Source: Lytechinus pictus
Lineage: Eukaryota
Assembly (NCBI RefSeq): GCF_037042905.1
Contig: NC_087251.1
Span: 33,356,001-33,420,000 of the forward strand
Length of the DNA: 64,000 nt
Reading direction: 5' to 3'
Of the stretch, positions 63,857-64,000 are shown piece by piece. A program made the translations under genes and the position numbers. Below the pieces are notes generated by a model. That model saw only the letters and a program-made list of their open reading frames with translations. It searched no databases and was not told the DNA's origin. Position 1 is the first letter of the stretch. Every line of letters starts with the position of its first letter.

Positions 63857-64000
63857 TTTTGTGAATGGGACGTATGATGAAAATCTGAAGAATCTATAAT
63901 CTATGTCAAACATTCCAAGCAAAATAGAATTAAAAAAGACAATAATGCAGATATACAGTAACACTTTTCAGCATACTGAAGATATGCGTAATTTATGTGG

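Overview
AT-rich, repeat-dense eukaryotic (invertebrate) genomic DNA with four assembly gaps. The repeat families look echinoderm/sea-urchin-like, but that is inference and was not checked. The main gene, which the ORF track mostly misses, is a complete 6-exon minus-strand trypsin-family (S1A) serine protease (18739->11990, 340 aa). It has a signal peptide, an intact His/Asp/Ser triad, Asp189, an unusual zymogen activation site (TM|IHDG instead of R|IVGG) and a C-terminal transmembrane anchor. Facing it is the last coding exon of an unidentified plus-strand gene ending in a PDZ-type motif (-SWV). A chain of plus-strand exon-like blocks at 49.8-60.7 kb looks like a decayed gene or lncRNA. The rest is mostly mobile DNA: a 5'-truncated L2-type LINE with an intact RT, a 5.3 kb Academ-like element with ~1.3 kb TIRs that carries Gypsy and LINE fragments, a 2.6 kb TIR element with eight copies of a 16-mer, two Helentron/DINE-1-like elements, many MITEs (Tc1, hAT, Harbinger, Kolobok, MULE, CACT types) and several minisatellites. 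There are no prokaryotic-type features such as CRISPR arrays or operons.
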